Below are positions 38,342 through 49,229 of a stretch of DNA of 64,000 nt, in pieces. Numbering within the stretch: position 1 is the first letter of the stretch; each line of letters opens with the position of its first letter. The translations under genes were made by a program, and so were the position numbers. The stretch comes from Candidatus Calescibacterium sp. Its GTDB lineage: Bacteria; Calescibacteriota; Calescibacteriia; Calescibacteriales; Calescibacteriaceae. The stretch spans positions 64,001 through 128,000 of the forward strand of contig JAVVGL010000001.1 in the NCBI GenBank assembly GCA_032249135.1, written 5' to 3'. Below the pieces are notes generated by a model, which ran no database searches, was not told the origin of the DNA, and worked only from the letters and a program-made list of their open reading frames with translations.

Positions 38342-41300
38342 TTATTTTCTTTTTGCAATTGTAGAAAAGGAAAATCTAAGTGAGATGAAAATGATAAAGA
38401 TTAATAGAAATCCAAAAGACACCCCAGCGGTAGAAGAACAACCAAGAACTCGGGGTTTTTCTGAGACAAAGAACCTATGAGAATATGTTGAAATATTTCC
38501 GACATCGTCTTTTGCTCTTATGTGAAGAATGTGCTCGCCTTTTGCAAGAGAGTTTATCTCTATTGATGTAAGTTCAGAAGCTGGTACCCACTCACTCCAC
38601 TCACCATCATTTAATTTCCAAGAGACCAAAGTTTCTGATTTCTGAGCCTGCGCATCTTGAACATCTATAAATGCTTTGAACTTTGAACCTCTTACCATCT
38701 CTGGTGCGGTAAGTTTTATGTCTGGTCCGAGAGAGTCTATTCTGAAAGTATATCTTGCAGGAGTTGGGTCTATCAGTTTGTTTTCATCTTGAGCTCTTAC
38801 TTCAAACACATGCCAGCCTTCAAGCAGGTGATGAAGCACAACTGAGTTTTCTCTTTGCCAGAGGTTCCATGTTCCACCATCAAGCCTCCAAGAATACCTG
38901 AACCTTGAGCTATGTGGCGACCAAGCTGCAAACTCAATTTTTGTATAAAGAGCATGCGGGTCCGATGTGTAAGTTATGAATGTCTCAGGAGGAGTAACCC
39001 TGAACCCATTTTTTGATTTTCCACTACCACTATGTAAGTTTACTGCTTTAGGAGAAAAACCCATAAGCAAAGGACATATTGGCGGTAGCGAAGGACCACC
39101 ACCACCACATTGTGGGATATCATAGAGGTCATCCCCACTTCCGCCTCCACCCCCGCCTCCTCCACCGCTTGGGCAATCGGCAGGGCAAGAAGCAGAAGAT
39201 TCACCCGGATCGCATGTGCCATTTCCACAGAAACAATCAGCAGGACAAGAGGAAGTACTTTCCCCTTTGTCACAGGTATTGTTGCCACAATAACAGTCGG
39301 TAGGACAGGTATTATTATCTTCATCTGATTCACAAATGTCATTACCACACTTCAATAGAGGAAGCATAGCCGCTGCCATGAGTTGCGATACAATACGCGG
39401 AGCCCTTCCTCTCCAGTGAATAAAGATTTCAAAATAGTCCCCAACATTATCTTTGGGATTACCTGCAAAAGGTTGATCCCAAGCCAAAGTTGAACCAAAT
39501 TCTGGACCAACCCACGGGAAGTTAATTTCAATTGGTAATTTAAGCGATCTGAGCTGAGAACCAACCCATCGTGCATACTTATCTTCTGCAAATCCCGCAA
39601 GAGCTAAAATGTCCACCCCTTGTAAAAGTGCTGCCGGGTCAAAAGCTAACCTGCATTTTATTCCAAGAACTTCATTCAGGAGAATAGGTAATATATTTGC
39701 AAGTATTCCTTCCCAATCCGACCCTGAGAGTCCGAGGGCATTCGTGTTATATGCTATAAAGTATCTGACATCTGGGTCTACATACATTGTCAAATCTATG
39801 ACTCTGGCAAATGTTCCCCCTTCAGGGAAGTAGTTTCCGCCCTGAGTAGGATCAACTGGGTTCCCATAGTAATCTCTATAATATGATGTCAAGGGTTTTG
39901 AGAAATCAATAGTATCAGGTCCTGGGAATTCAACTGTCATTCCACAATCAGGGAATACACATGGGACTATATCTAAATCAAGTGAAACTCTTATTCCCAC
40001 CGTCAGACCAAATACCCTCATCCATGTCTGGCTTGCAACAGGGTCTGTTATAGTACCGGTTGTGATCACATTGAATGAAAAATCAACATAAGGTATTTCT
40101 ATCATAAGGTCTGCTGTATCAAACCAAGTTGTAGGCTGAACGAACATCGTAAAGGATGAACCATATGTCGCATTTGACATGAATTCATTCCAGAAATTAA
40201 CTCTCGTTGAGTTCTGAGAATAGACGGAAAGTACTGGTCTGAAAGTTGGACCTCCTGTTTTTGCGTAAGCCACAACAGATAGAGGTCTGTTATAGGAAGC
40301 TGCTCCGCCTGTATTTCCGGATGGGTTTCCTGGGTCTTTATAAATCGGAATAATCTCAAGAGCCATCTCCTTTCCGGGATATCTATCTTTGAGTTGCGGC
40401 ATAAAGAAGGCGAATTTATCCGTGTTTTCCAAGGAACTAATACAGAATCTAGACTTTCTATCTGCCCACAAGCACATAAGTCCATCTCCTATAAATTCGT
40501 AAAGAAACCTTGATATCAAATTGTGGTGAATTCCTATCCCCACATAGTAGTTTGTAATTGAATAAGCATATCTACCTTCTCCTAAGGTTGATGGAGCAGG
40601 AGCCGTTGGTAGAAGTTCAGTTTTAAAAACATATTGAGATGAGCCACCGTTCACGATTGTGCAAGTATCAACACTCCTATAAGGAGGAGGCGGACAAGAA
40701 CCTGCTCCTGCTGGTATATCACATTCGGGTATAGGTATTATTGGGCTTGTTGCAGCAGTAACAAAAGAGGCAAACTGGACACAACTTGTAACATAATTGT
40801 TAAATCCAACTTTCTTTACCTGTGCTATACCCGTAATTTTATCCCCTCCTTCTGTATGCTGAAAAGTATATCTTATATCAATTCCAACATTTGCTGCTAT
40901 AATAATTCCGGCTGAATCTGCCCAAAAATCGTTTGTAAAACCAAAATCAAAAAATATCCTATTTGGTTTGTGCATATAGTATTTTGATAAACTACTTCTT
41001 CCTGTGGATGATTCGCCGGTCTCATTAATCTGTCTTTAAAGCTAAAAAGCTGCATCGGAGAAAGGAAATATCCAATACAAGAAGAGTATTGCTGCCCTGG
41101 GGTTGGGATGCAAGTTGTGTTGAATGTATCAATTGCAATCATTCTCAAAACTGTATCAAGCCAAACCAGAGTTTTTGCAAACTTCTGTGAAACCCTGTAT
41201 TCTGGACAATATGAAACAGAACCCACCTGGTTCCACGATGTTGCCCAGCAAGCAGGAGTAGTCACCGATGCGCTCATAGGTTCAAAGTCATACGCAACTC

Positions 41301-42746
41301 CCGCTGAAACATCTAATGCTTTCAGATTTATTCCGAGTGCCCTTACTGTGTGTTCCCAATCTTGGTAAATCGTCCAATCTGTAAAAAGACCTTTCAATTG
41401 AATTCCGACCCTAAAAGTAATAATCGGTATTCTTATGTAAGCTCTACCATTTATGTAATTTGATATAACACGAGCTGGATCGTATCTATAACCTGTTGTG
41501 CCCCTATCATATTGTGGGTCGCATATATGGTTATCACTTACAGCAGCTCTGTTTTTGAAACAATAAGAAAGTTCATCCGGGAAAGTTGTAACCCCATCTT
41601 TGAACTGACACGAACCCGAAACCCAATTACAATCTACATATCTTGTTGGAGAATCTACAAAAGGAGAAGCAAATGTTAGTGCAACTTCAAAGTTTTGCAA
41701 TTCCATTCCTATCTCTAAGTAATCATCTGATGTATGCTCTGTCATATCTCCTTCACACTGCCAAGTTGCCGGATGATCTTCCCCTACATTCGATCTAAGG
41801 AAAACTCTAACTTTGTTTCTGTTCCAATCTACTATTAATCTGTTTCCTGTTATTCTATCTAAAAAGTAGTCATTAATCCAACCCTGAGATGTAGGACATT
41901 TATCTGGCTTATCTTTTGCGCATTTCCCAAACGGACTCCACACAAAACCTCCCGACATATATTTTATGGGATTCGAAGCAGAAGGACCAATATGTTTATT
42001 TCTTTCTTGACCATAAATTATGGCATTCACACATAATGGAGCACCTTCATCGTTAAGAAGCAGCAAAGGTAAGCACATAGAAAAAATTCCTTTCCCATCA
42101 TCTTTACACTGTCCTAAAACTTCATCCCAAGTTCCTGTTGGGTTATATCCGCCGATATACTCAAAGAAAATCCCATTTCCAAAACAGTGAGTTGTTCCTT
42201 CACCATAACTGAAACCAGGAGAAGATGGGAATATTCCACAAGCTTGCGTTGCTAATTGTTGGTAGTAAAGGTACTTTATAGGGTTGCTTGCATATTGTTT
42301 TGTAAGAAATTGCTGAAACTCATATAAATTATCCCATGTATCCGCAAGAACTTTTGAGCTCGGACATCTATCTAAAAAATTCATAGCGGCAAAGTTTATC
42401 AAGTTAGCAAAAGATGGATCGCTTTTGAGCCCATCTGAAATAAAGTTTCCTATTTCTTCAAGCCCCGATTTTGTTACTCTTATTACCAGGTTGTGCTTTT
42501 CAAGAGATGTGCGGGTTATAAAACCTGGGGGAGTCCTCCCCACTTTATTGGGTCTTTTGGACCTGCAGCGTATGGGTTTCCTGCATCTTGCGTTATCGCA
42601 TGGTGCATCTCTTGAATTCTTTTTGCACCTGCTGAACCCACTGAGACCAATAAAAGCAAAAGCGAAAGAGAAAACAAAGTTACACTGGAGAATAGACCCT
42701 TGAATAATACCATCCAAACTCCCCGTTTTTCCATCTTGATTGCCAT
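38342..42746 (-). CDS. Large secreted Cys-rich surface protein (~1470 aa) split by two single-base frameshifts; C-terminal Ig-like domains and GCS-TM-basic sorting tail
   Basis: Signal peptide in ORF 42516..42746 joins 40897..42717 at G5 42527-42531, which joins 38342..40975 at A6 40949-40954; RYSWRLDGGTW and VSWKLNDGEWS Ig-like units; VLGCSS + TM + KRK. Confidence 0.72.
39141..39349 (-). repeat. Three 60-bp Cys-rich repeats (CGNxxC...CPxDC) followed by a poly-Gly linker
   Basis: CGNDICESDEDNNTCPTDCY / CGNNTCDKGESTSSCPADCF / CGNGTCDPGESSASCPADCP then SGGGGGGGGGSG. Confidence 0.9.
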
Positions 42747-42895
42747 GGATTTACCCCCTTTTTATTTTTCTTATTATAATATAACCTTCTTATATTTTAT
42801 ACAAAAAATATAATCATTTTGAAGTAAAAAGTCAAGATTTTGAACAATTTTTGGAACCCTCATCAGACAAGGGAAAGGGAGGGGAGGTCTGAACT

Positions 42896-43615
42896 TCATT
42901 TAAGCTGATGAAGTTCTGCAAATATTTTTTCAAATTCTTCATCGTTGAATTTCCCATCCACTATACACACTACATCATCTCGCTTTACATCTTTCCCAAT
43001 TTCAACTCCTCCCACTACCGGAATAGCCAAAATCCCCAATTTTCTCAAAATTTCAGCTCTTTTTTTGGCTCTTTCAACATCATCCTGAGATATTGTGAAT
43101 GAGACCTCAACAACTAAAACTACAAACTCTCCCTCTCTTTCTCCACTCCAAAGTAAATCAGCTGATAAAACTTCATCTCTTTCTTCTTTTGATATCTGAC
43201 CTTTCTTACAAGCCTCCCACAAAATCTCGGCTGCTTTTTCTTCAAAAGGTCTCCCCTTCAAAATCACTCTACCAAAAATAGCATGAGCTCTATCTCTATA
43301 CCCCCTCTCTCTATCTGAACCTTTCAAATAAGCTACATCTTTTTCCAATCTATCCACCTTTTTTTCTAATCTATCAACTCTATTTTCTATCCTATCAACT
43401 CTATCTATTAATTTGTTAACATCATCTCTTAATTTGTTAACATCATCTCTTAACTTGCTAACATCTTCTTCTAATCTATCCACTTTCTTTTCTAGTCTAT
43501 CAAATTTTGGAGGAAAATTTAAAAGATCTTCTGATAAAAGTAGGGCTCTTGCCTCAGCAGAAAATTCTGGGTCTTCTCTTAAAGCCCTTAAAAATTTCTT
43601 TTTCCAATCCCTCAT
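42896..43615 (-). CDS. Heptad-repeat coiled-coil protein with C-terminal PD-(D/E)XK-like domain
   Basis: DRLEKKV/SKLRDDV/NKLRDDV heptads; LKG..RER; ADLLWSG...VVEVS..ISQDDVERA..RA. Confidence 0.75.
   Translation of the reverse strand: MRDWKKKFLRALREDPEFSAEARALLLSEDLLNFPPKFDRLEKKVDRLEEDVSKLRDDVNKLRDDVNKLIDRVDRIENRVDRLEKKVDRLEKDVAYLKGSDRERGYRDRAHAIFGRVILKGRPFEEKAAEILWEACKKGQISKEERDEVLSADLLWSGEREGEFVVLVVEVSFTISQDDVERAKKRAEILRKLGILAIPVVGGVEIGKDVKRDDVVCIVDGKFNDEEFEKIFAELHQLK
43325..43504. repeat. 21-bp tandem repeat tract encoding coiled-coil heptads
   Basis: Perfect copies ttaatttgttaacatcatctc at 43408-43428 and 43429-43449 plus degenerate units. Confidence 0.8.
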
Positions 43616-43684
43616 CAGATGAATTTTAATCCTAATTTTTAATGTAATTTTAATATGTAAAAATTTCAGTTTGCTTCTTTTTTT

Positions 43685-45127
43685 TTACTGCCAATCAATA
43701 AACTTTATCTTTATTTTTCCAACATATTCTAATACTTTTACCCACTCTGAAACACTTCCTGTTCCTATTCTTATTCGTAAGATATCAGAGGGAAAGAGTC
43801 CCCATGTTGGGTCAAATTCTATCCAGTTTTTGCCATCAAAAGCCTCAACCCATGCGTGATAAAAGAATGAACCAGAATCATAAACAAGTCCAAACACAAC
43901 CCGAGAAGGAATCCCGAGAGCCCTTAAAATTGCAACAGTAAGAATAGAGTGTTCATTGCAATCTCCTTTCATAGTTTTAAGAACTTGTAGAGCAGAAGGC
44001 ATACTCAAAACAGAAGTTTTTTTTACATTTTGAAAAACCCAATCCGATACACCCTGAATGATTGTTATACTATTTCCATCTTTCAATTTTTCCTTTTCAA
44101 AAATACGCTTACTTTTCTTTTTTCTTCTGACATCATCTTTTTCTCCTTCAATACTGTTTTTCAAGCTCTCAGCGAGCTTTTTTATTTCTTGACTTTCAGA
44201 TTCAATCAAAAGCTCTGGTTTAGTGTAAATTTCCAAATTATTGGTATCAGATAGCAGAGAGTTTGTAAGTTCAACTAAAAAACCATATTCTTTTTTTGAA
44301 ACTATCTGTCTTGGCGGAAACGATGGTAAATCGTCAATCCCCCACACAAATAATACTGCTCTCTTTATATTTCTTCTTTGAGATGATTCTGGATACTTGC
44401 CTTCCACCGCAACAGAAGTTGAGAAAATTATATCAACATCTTCTGGGGGAGAAGAAATTATGTCTTCTCTTGAAGACGCAACAGATGAAATTCCCATACT
44501 ACCCTCCTCCTTCAAAAAATTCCCATTTTTATCAAAGTAAACGAAAGAAGAGATACCTGCAAATGTTTTTTTGAAAACAAAATAATCTCTGGTTTTTTGA
44601 CTTAGCTCAAAAGAAAGTATATCAAGCCTCAGAACAGATGGGTCAAAATAAAGTAAAGAGAAATTTCTTATCTGATTTCCACTTTTTATTTTGTCTGATA
44701 TCAAGAAAATAAAAGATGAACCTGTGAAAACTTTTTCTGGGATGCTGAAACTTTTTTTTGATTGTCCAATCTGAACTGAAAGGTTTTTACCTTCAACTCT
44801 ACCTTTAACAGAAACCAGATTTCCTTCACTTTTAAGCTGGAATTCAAGATTCTTGAAAGAATAATCAGGATTTTTAGACCATAAAAGTTGCGCTTTCACT
44901 TCTCTTTTTTGCCCCATAGCTTTAAGTTTCATATTCATCACTTCCTCCACTGAATCCCCTTTCACTCTCACGACAGAGTAACCTATGTTTTTTCCTTTGA
45001 GCTGAATTTTCTGCCAGAGCTCAAAAGACGAAAAAGCTTCAAAGGGAAAAAAGGAAAGAAAAAGAAAAATCAAAAGAAGAGCTGAAAAATGTGAGGAAAA
45101 ATTATATTTTTTCTTCTTTATGAGCAT
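43685..45127 (-). CDS. Secreted transglutaminase-like domain protein
   Basis: Signal peptide; GDCNEHS (Cys), YHAWVE (His), FDPTW (Asp) triad. Confidence 0.88.
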   Translation of the reverse strand: MLIKKKKYNFSSHFSALLLIFLFLSFFPFEAFSSFELWQKIQLKGKNIGYSVVRVKGDSVEEVMNMKLKAMGQKREVKAQLLWSKNPDYSFKNLEFQLKSEGNLVSVKGRVEGKNLSVQIGQSKKSFSIPEKVFTGSSFIFLISDKIKSGNQIRNFSLLYFDPSVLRLDILSFELSQKTRDYFVFKKTFAGISSFVYFDKNGNFLKEEGSMGISSVASSREDIISSPPEDVDIIFSTSVAVEGKYPESSQRRNIKRAVLFVWGIDDLPSFPPRQIVSKKEYGFLVELTNSLLSDTNNLEIYTKPELLIESESQEIKKLAESLKNSIEGEKDDVRRKKKSKRIFEKEKLKDGNSITIIQGVSDWVFQNVKKTSVLSMPSALQVLKTMKGDCNEHSILTVAILRALGIPSRVVFGLVYDSGSFFYHAWVEAFDGKNWIEFDPTWGLFPSDILRIRIGTGSVSEWVKVLEYVGKIKIKFIDWQ

Positions 45128-45723
45128 TTTGTGTATCCGCAACTCATACATATATAGCAACCTTCTTGAAATATAAGAGATGATGAATGGCATTCAGGGC
45201 AAATCTCAAATTTCTCAGTTCCGGATTTTTCAGAAATTTCAAAGTTATCTTTTTTTTGGCTTGGATTTGCACTAAATTCAGATTGCGGATTTTCAGTCAA
45301 TCTCTCGGTTAGGTTATCTTGCTTCTTCCCATCCACCAACTTGTATGGTTGACGTACTATATCAGGTGGATTTTTCAGAGAAAGAGCAAATCTTATAACT
45401 TTTGCAATACCATCTGGTATAGATGAAACTGAAAAGCTTCTCTCATCAATTTTATTCCAAGAAACTTGTTCTGTTTTTATGTTTTCCAAAGTTTCAGCTA
45501 TGTCTTCTGCTGGAACGCCTTTTTGAAGCGCAAGAGAAATAACTCTGCCCAAAGCTTCAGCACAGGCTCTGAGCTCAGAACCTGGTTTTGAAACTACAAC
45601 AAAAACCTCCTTCACCTTACCTTCAAGGAAATTCACCGTGACAAACATAGAACCATGAGGAGTTCTTATCTTTGTGGTAAGTCCCCTCATAGAAAATGGT
45701 CTTTCAAAATCTTTCGCACCCAT
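45118..45723 (-). CDS. Stand-alone TSCPD domain protein with Zn ribbon (class II ribonucleotide reductase C-terminal region)
   Basis: GSMFVTVN, EALGRVISLALQ, SSIPDGIA, CPEC..FQEGCYICMSCGYTKC. Confidence 0.82.
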   Translation of the reverse strand: MGAKDFERPFSMRGLTTKIRTPHGSMFVTVNFLEGKVKEVFVVVSKPGSELRACAEALGRVISLALQKGVPAEDIAETLENIKTEQVSWNKIDERSFSVSSIPDGIAKVIRFALSLKNPPDIVRQPYKLVDGKKQDNLTERLTENPQSEFSANPSQKKDNFEISEKSGTEKFEICPECHSSSLIFQEGCYICMSCGYTKCS

Positions 45724-45786
45724 ACAAAATTATTTTACTTTTTTTAATGAATTTTTGCCGATTTTTCCAGATTTATTCCCCCACTT

Positions 45787-46806
45787 TTACCTTTTTGAGA
45801 TTTTCAAAGAGGCTGTTCCCAAGATTGCGGCAACAAAATCTTCAAATCTTATACCTCTGAATGCAGCTAATTTTGGGAGCAGAGACCTTTCTGTCATTCC
45901 AGGGATTGTATTGAGTTCAAGGAAATAGGGTTCTTTGCTTTTTCTTCCTTCATCATTTTTTTTCATTTTAAAGTCCAGCCTTACGGCTCCTCTGACATCA
46001 AACTTTTCGCATATAATACGAGAAATTTTCAAAGCTTCTTCAATTGCTTCACGGTCAACAGAACGAGGAGGAATAATATAATCTGTATTTCCCTTATATT
46101 TTGCTTCAAATGAAAAGAACTCATCTTCCTTTGGTACTATTTCAAGAGCAGATATAGGCATTTTCTCAAAAACTCCCACGGTAAATTCTGGTCCATCTAA
46201 AAATTCCTCTATAAGAATGGATGAGGAGAACTTGAAAGCTTCCCGAATTGCTTCCCTTATTTTCTTTTCATTTTTTTCTTTTACTATGGAGATTCCGAGC
46301 GATGATCCGGAAAAATTAGGTTTCACAACAAACGGAACATCAATTTCATTTTCATTTATTATCTTAATGGCTTCATCTTCTGAGCGAGCCATAAAAAACC
46401 GAGGCTGAGGAACAAATTCCTTCAAAACAAGTCTTGTCATGAATTTATCCATAAAAAGAGCTGAAACTACGGGATCGGGAGAAGTGTAAGGGATTTTGAG
46501 AATTTCAAGTAATCCCTGGACTGTACCATCTTCCCCATATCTTCCGTGAAGGCATATAAAAGCTGCGTCAAAATTTTTGAGAGAATTTATATCTGATGGT
46601 GGGAATACTATTTTTTCAACTTTAAATCCACTCTTTACGAGTGCAGAGAAAACAGCCTCACCAGTCTTTAATGAGATTTCTCTTTCTTCTGATTCACCTC
46701 CCATTATAATACATACATTCTTGAAAGTTTTTGCTCTATTTTTATAATATTCTATTGCGGAGAGGAGTTCTTCGTCTTCGGCTTCGTTTTCAAAAATTTT
46801 TCCCAC
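45787..46806 (-). CDS. ddl: D-alanine--D-alanine ligase
   Basis: GGESEEREISL, LHGRYGEDGTVQG, VVKP..SGSS, ELNTIPGMT. Confidence 0.95.
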   Translation of the reverse strand: MGKIFENEAEDEELLSAIEYYKNRAKTFKNVCIIMGGESEEREISLKTGEAVFSALVKSGFKVEKIVFPPSDINSLKNFDAAFICLHGRYGEDGTVQGLLEILKIPYTSPDPVVSALFMDKFMTRLVLKEFVPQPRFFMARSEDEAIKIINENEIDVPFVVKPNFSGSSLGISIVKEKNEKKIREAIREAFKFSSSILIEEFLDGPEFTVGVFEKMPISALEIVPKEDEFFSFEAKYKGNTDYIIPPRSVDREAIEEALKISRIICEKFDVRGAVRLDFKMKKNDEGRKSKEPYFLELNTIPGMTERSLLPKLAAFRGIRFEDFVAAILGTASLKISKR

Positions 46807-46871
46807 TTTTTTTATCTTTTCTTTCTTCCCTTTTTCGTCTTTTTCTTTAAATTTTACGAATTTAAAGCAAC

Positions 46872-48428
46872 TTAAAGAGCTCTTGTTTCGCTCAAAGACA
46901 GATTTCTCTTTATGCGGGAAACTTTCTCTATTCTGTTTATCGCTGAAATAAAAGCTTTTGCAGATGCAACGACTATATCTGTACTTATACCTATACCATT
47001 TGCTGATACATTTCCGATTTTGAGGACAACAGAAACTTCACCCTGCGCATCTGTTCCTCCCGAAATAGATTTGACGGAATAATCAACGAGCTCCGGGAAT
47101 AAATCAAGACAGCTTTGAATAGCTTTATATACAGCATCAACTGGTCCATCACCTGCTGCAGAGGCTTTTCTTATCTTATCTCCATCTTTTATAACAACTG
47201 TTGCTGTTGGTGTGAGCTCAGTTCCACCTGCAAAATTAACAGATATGAGCTCATATCTATCTTCTTTTTGAGTTTTGAGTATTTCTTCAAAAACTATTGC
47301 TTCTATATCTTCGTCATATATTCTTTTTTTCTTATCTGCAAGTTCTTTGACTTTTTTGTAGACAGCCTTGATTTCCTCTGGTGAGAGTTCATAACCCATT
47401 TCTGCAAGTTTTTTTGCAAGGGCGTGCCTTCCCGAATGCTTACCTATAACTATCTGAGAACTTGGGAAACCAACATCTTCCGGTCTTATTATTTCATATG
47501 TGAGAGGGTTTTTCAGAACTCCATCTTGATGAATTCCAGCTTCGTGAGCGAAAGCGTTTTGACCAACTATTGCTTTGTTCGGAGGGACTTGAACACCTGT
47601 TATTTTAGAAAGCAACCGAGATGCGGGATAAATTTCTTTTGTGTTTATGGTTGTGTAAAATTTTGAGAAGAAATCTTTTCTTGTTTTTATAGCCATAACG
47701 ACTTCTTCAAGCGAAGTATTTCCTGCTCTTTCACCTATACCGTTGAGTGCAACCTCACACTGCCTTGCACCTCCTAAGATTCCGGCAAGAGTATTAGCAG
47801 TTGCAAGACCAAGGTCATTATGACAATGAACAGAAATTATTGGATTCCCGACCTCTGAAATCGCTTCTTTTATCTTTTTTATAAGTTCATAAAACTCAAA
47901 TGGCAAAATATATCCGACAGTATCCGGTACATTTATTACATCTGCACCGGCTTTGACAACCTCCTTGAAAACTTTTATGAGAAAATCTGGGTCAGACCTT
48001 GTCGCATCTTCTGCTGAAAATTCAACTTCATCTGCATACTTTTTTGCAAGCTTTACCGATTTTATAGCTTTTTCAAGAACTTCCTCCTCTGAAAGTCTCA
48101 ATTTATATTTCATATGAATTTCACTTGTTGCAATAAAGACATGAATTCTTTTTCTTTTTGCAGGAGCCAAAGCTTCTGCTGCTCTTTCTATGTCTTGTTC
48201 CTCACACCTTGCGAGAGCACATATTACAGGTTTTTCAAGTCTTCGGGATATCTCTCTTACAGCTTCAAAATCTCCATCAGATGTTATTGGAAATCCCGCT
48301 TCTATTATATCAACTCCCAGCTTTTCCAATGCCAGAGCCATCTTGATCTTCTCGTCCTGAGTCATGGAAAAGCCTGGAGCTTGCTCTCCGTCTCTTAAAG
48401 TTGTATCGAATATGTAAATCTTTTCCAT
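46872..48428 (-). CDS. leuA: 2-isopropylmalate synthase
   Basis: DTTLRDGEQAPG, HCHNDLG, GIGERAGN, AFAHEAGIHQDG, regulatory domain GDGPVDA. Confidence 0.93.
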   Translation of the reverse strand: MEKIYIFDTTLRDGEQAPGFSMTQDEKIKMALALEKLGVDIIEAGFPITSDGDFEAVREISRRLEKPVICALARCEEQDIERAAEALAPAKRKRIHVFIATSEIHMKYKLRLSEEEVLEKAIKSVKLAKKYADEVEFSAEDATRSDPDFLIKVFKEVVKAGADVINVPDTVGYILPFEFYELIKKIKEAISEVGNPIISVHCHNDLGLATANTLAGILGGARQCEVALNGIGERAGNTSLEEVVMAIKTRKDFFSKFYTTINTKEIYPASRLLSKITGVQVPPNKAIVGQNAFAHEAGIHQDGVLKNPLTYEIIRPEDVGFPSSQIVIGKHSGRHALAKKLAEMGYELSPEEIKAVYKKVKELADKKKRIYDEDIEAIVFEEILKTQKEDRYELISVNFAGGTELTPTATVVIKDGDKIRKASAAGDGPVDAVYKAIQSCLDLFPELVDYSVKSISGGTDAQGEVSVVLKIGNVSANGIGISTDIVVASAKAFISAINRIEKVSRIKRNLSLSETRAL

Positions 48429-49113
48429 ATATATTCTCAAAAATAATATTATAAAAAATGTATAAAGAAATCATAAAAACAACAATTGTGAAAAAAATTT
48501 TTTGTTTGAAAATAATTAACCAAAGGAATAATGGAGGAAGGAAAAGAAAATAGTAAATATAATTTCTCATCTTTAACTCCTTGAATGACCTGAATTTTAA
48601 TGTACTAACTTGCAATACCGATACAAGAATGACGCTCAAAATCATACATGGCTCTGCCCAAAATCTATCTTTATATTCCACAATAAGCTCAGAAATACAG
48701 ATGAGCAAAAATGCTCCCATAGGGGAGCTCAACCCCTCAAAAAACTCCTTCGGTTTTGTCTCAAAATTTACATTGAACCTTGCAAGCCTTATCGCAACAG
48801 ATAGAGTTGGAAGGAATGAAAAAACTTTTCCTAACTCCGAACTTTTGAAAAATGAATTTATAAGAATAGCAGAAGTTGCAAGTCCAAAAGTTACAAGATC
48901 GGCAAGGGAATCAAATTCAAGTCCGAATTTTGATGATATTCCCAAAGAGCGCGCTATTCTACCATCTGCCATATCAAAAATTAATCCAAGCACAACAAAG
49001 TAAAAAGAGAAATGAGTTTTCCCTTCAAAAGCAAACAGAACAGCAAGAAATCCACAAAAAAGATTCAAAGATGTCAAAAAATTAGATAAAAACCCCAATT
49101 TTTTCCTCACCAC
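48310..49113 (-). CDS. pssA: CDP-diacylglycerol--serine O-phosphatidyltransferase
   Basis: FDMADGRIAR...FGLEFDSLADLVTFG, IRLARFNV, FFEGL. Confidence 0.9.
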   Translation of the reverse strand: MVRKKLGFLSNFLTSLNLFCGFLAVLFAFEGKTHFSFYFVVLGLIFDMADGRIARSLGISSKFGLEFDSLADLVTFGLATSAILINSFFKSSELGKVFSFLPTLSVAIRLARFNVNFETKPKEFFEGLSSPMGAFLLICISELIVEYKDRFWAEPCMILSVILVSVLQVSTLKFRSFKELKMRNYIYYFLFLPPLFLWLIIFKQKIFFTIVVFMISLYIFYNIIFENIYGKDLHIRYNFKRRRASSRLFHDSGREDQDGSGIGKAGS

Positions 49114-49229
49114 ATATTCAAATTAAGACAAATTTCAAAAATTAATAAAAATAGAGCAATTTTTCCAATTCCTAAATTTCTAATTTTAATTTCCTTCATA
49201 ACTTTCTTTCCGGCTTCATTTTGATACAC

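Larger units (their letters stand above)
42857..43619. repeat. 11-bp direct repeat CCCTCATCAGA flanking the 42896..43615 gene
   Basis: Identical copies at 42857-42867 and 43609-43619; the latter contains the gene's start codon. Confidence 0.7.

Noticed and set aside
42871..42887. G-quadruplex gggaaagggaggggagg
   Set aside because: Only three runs of at least 3 G; noted only as the loop of the adjacent hairpin
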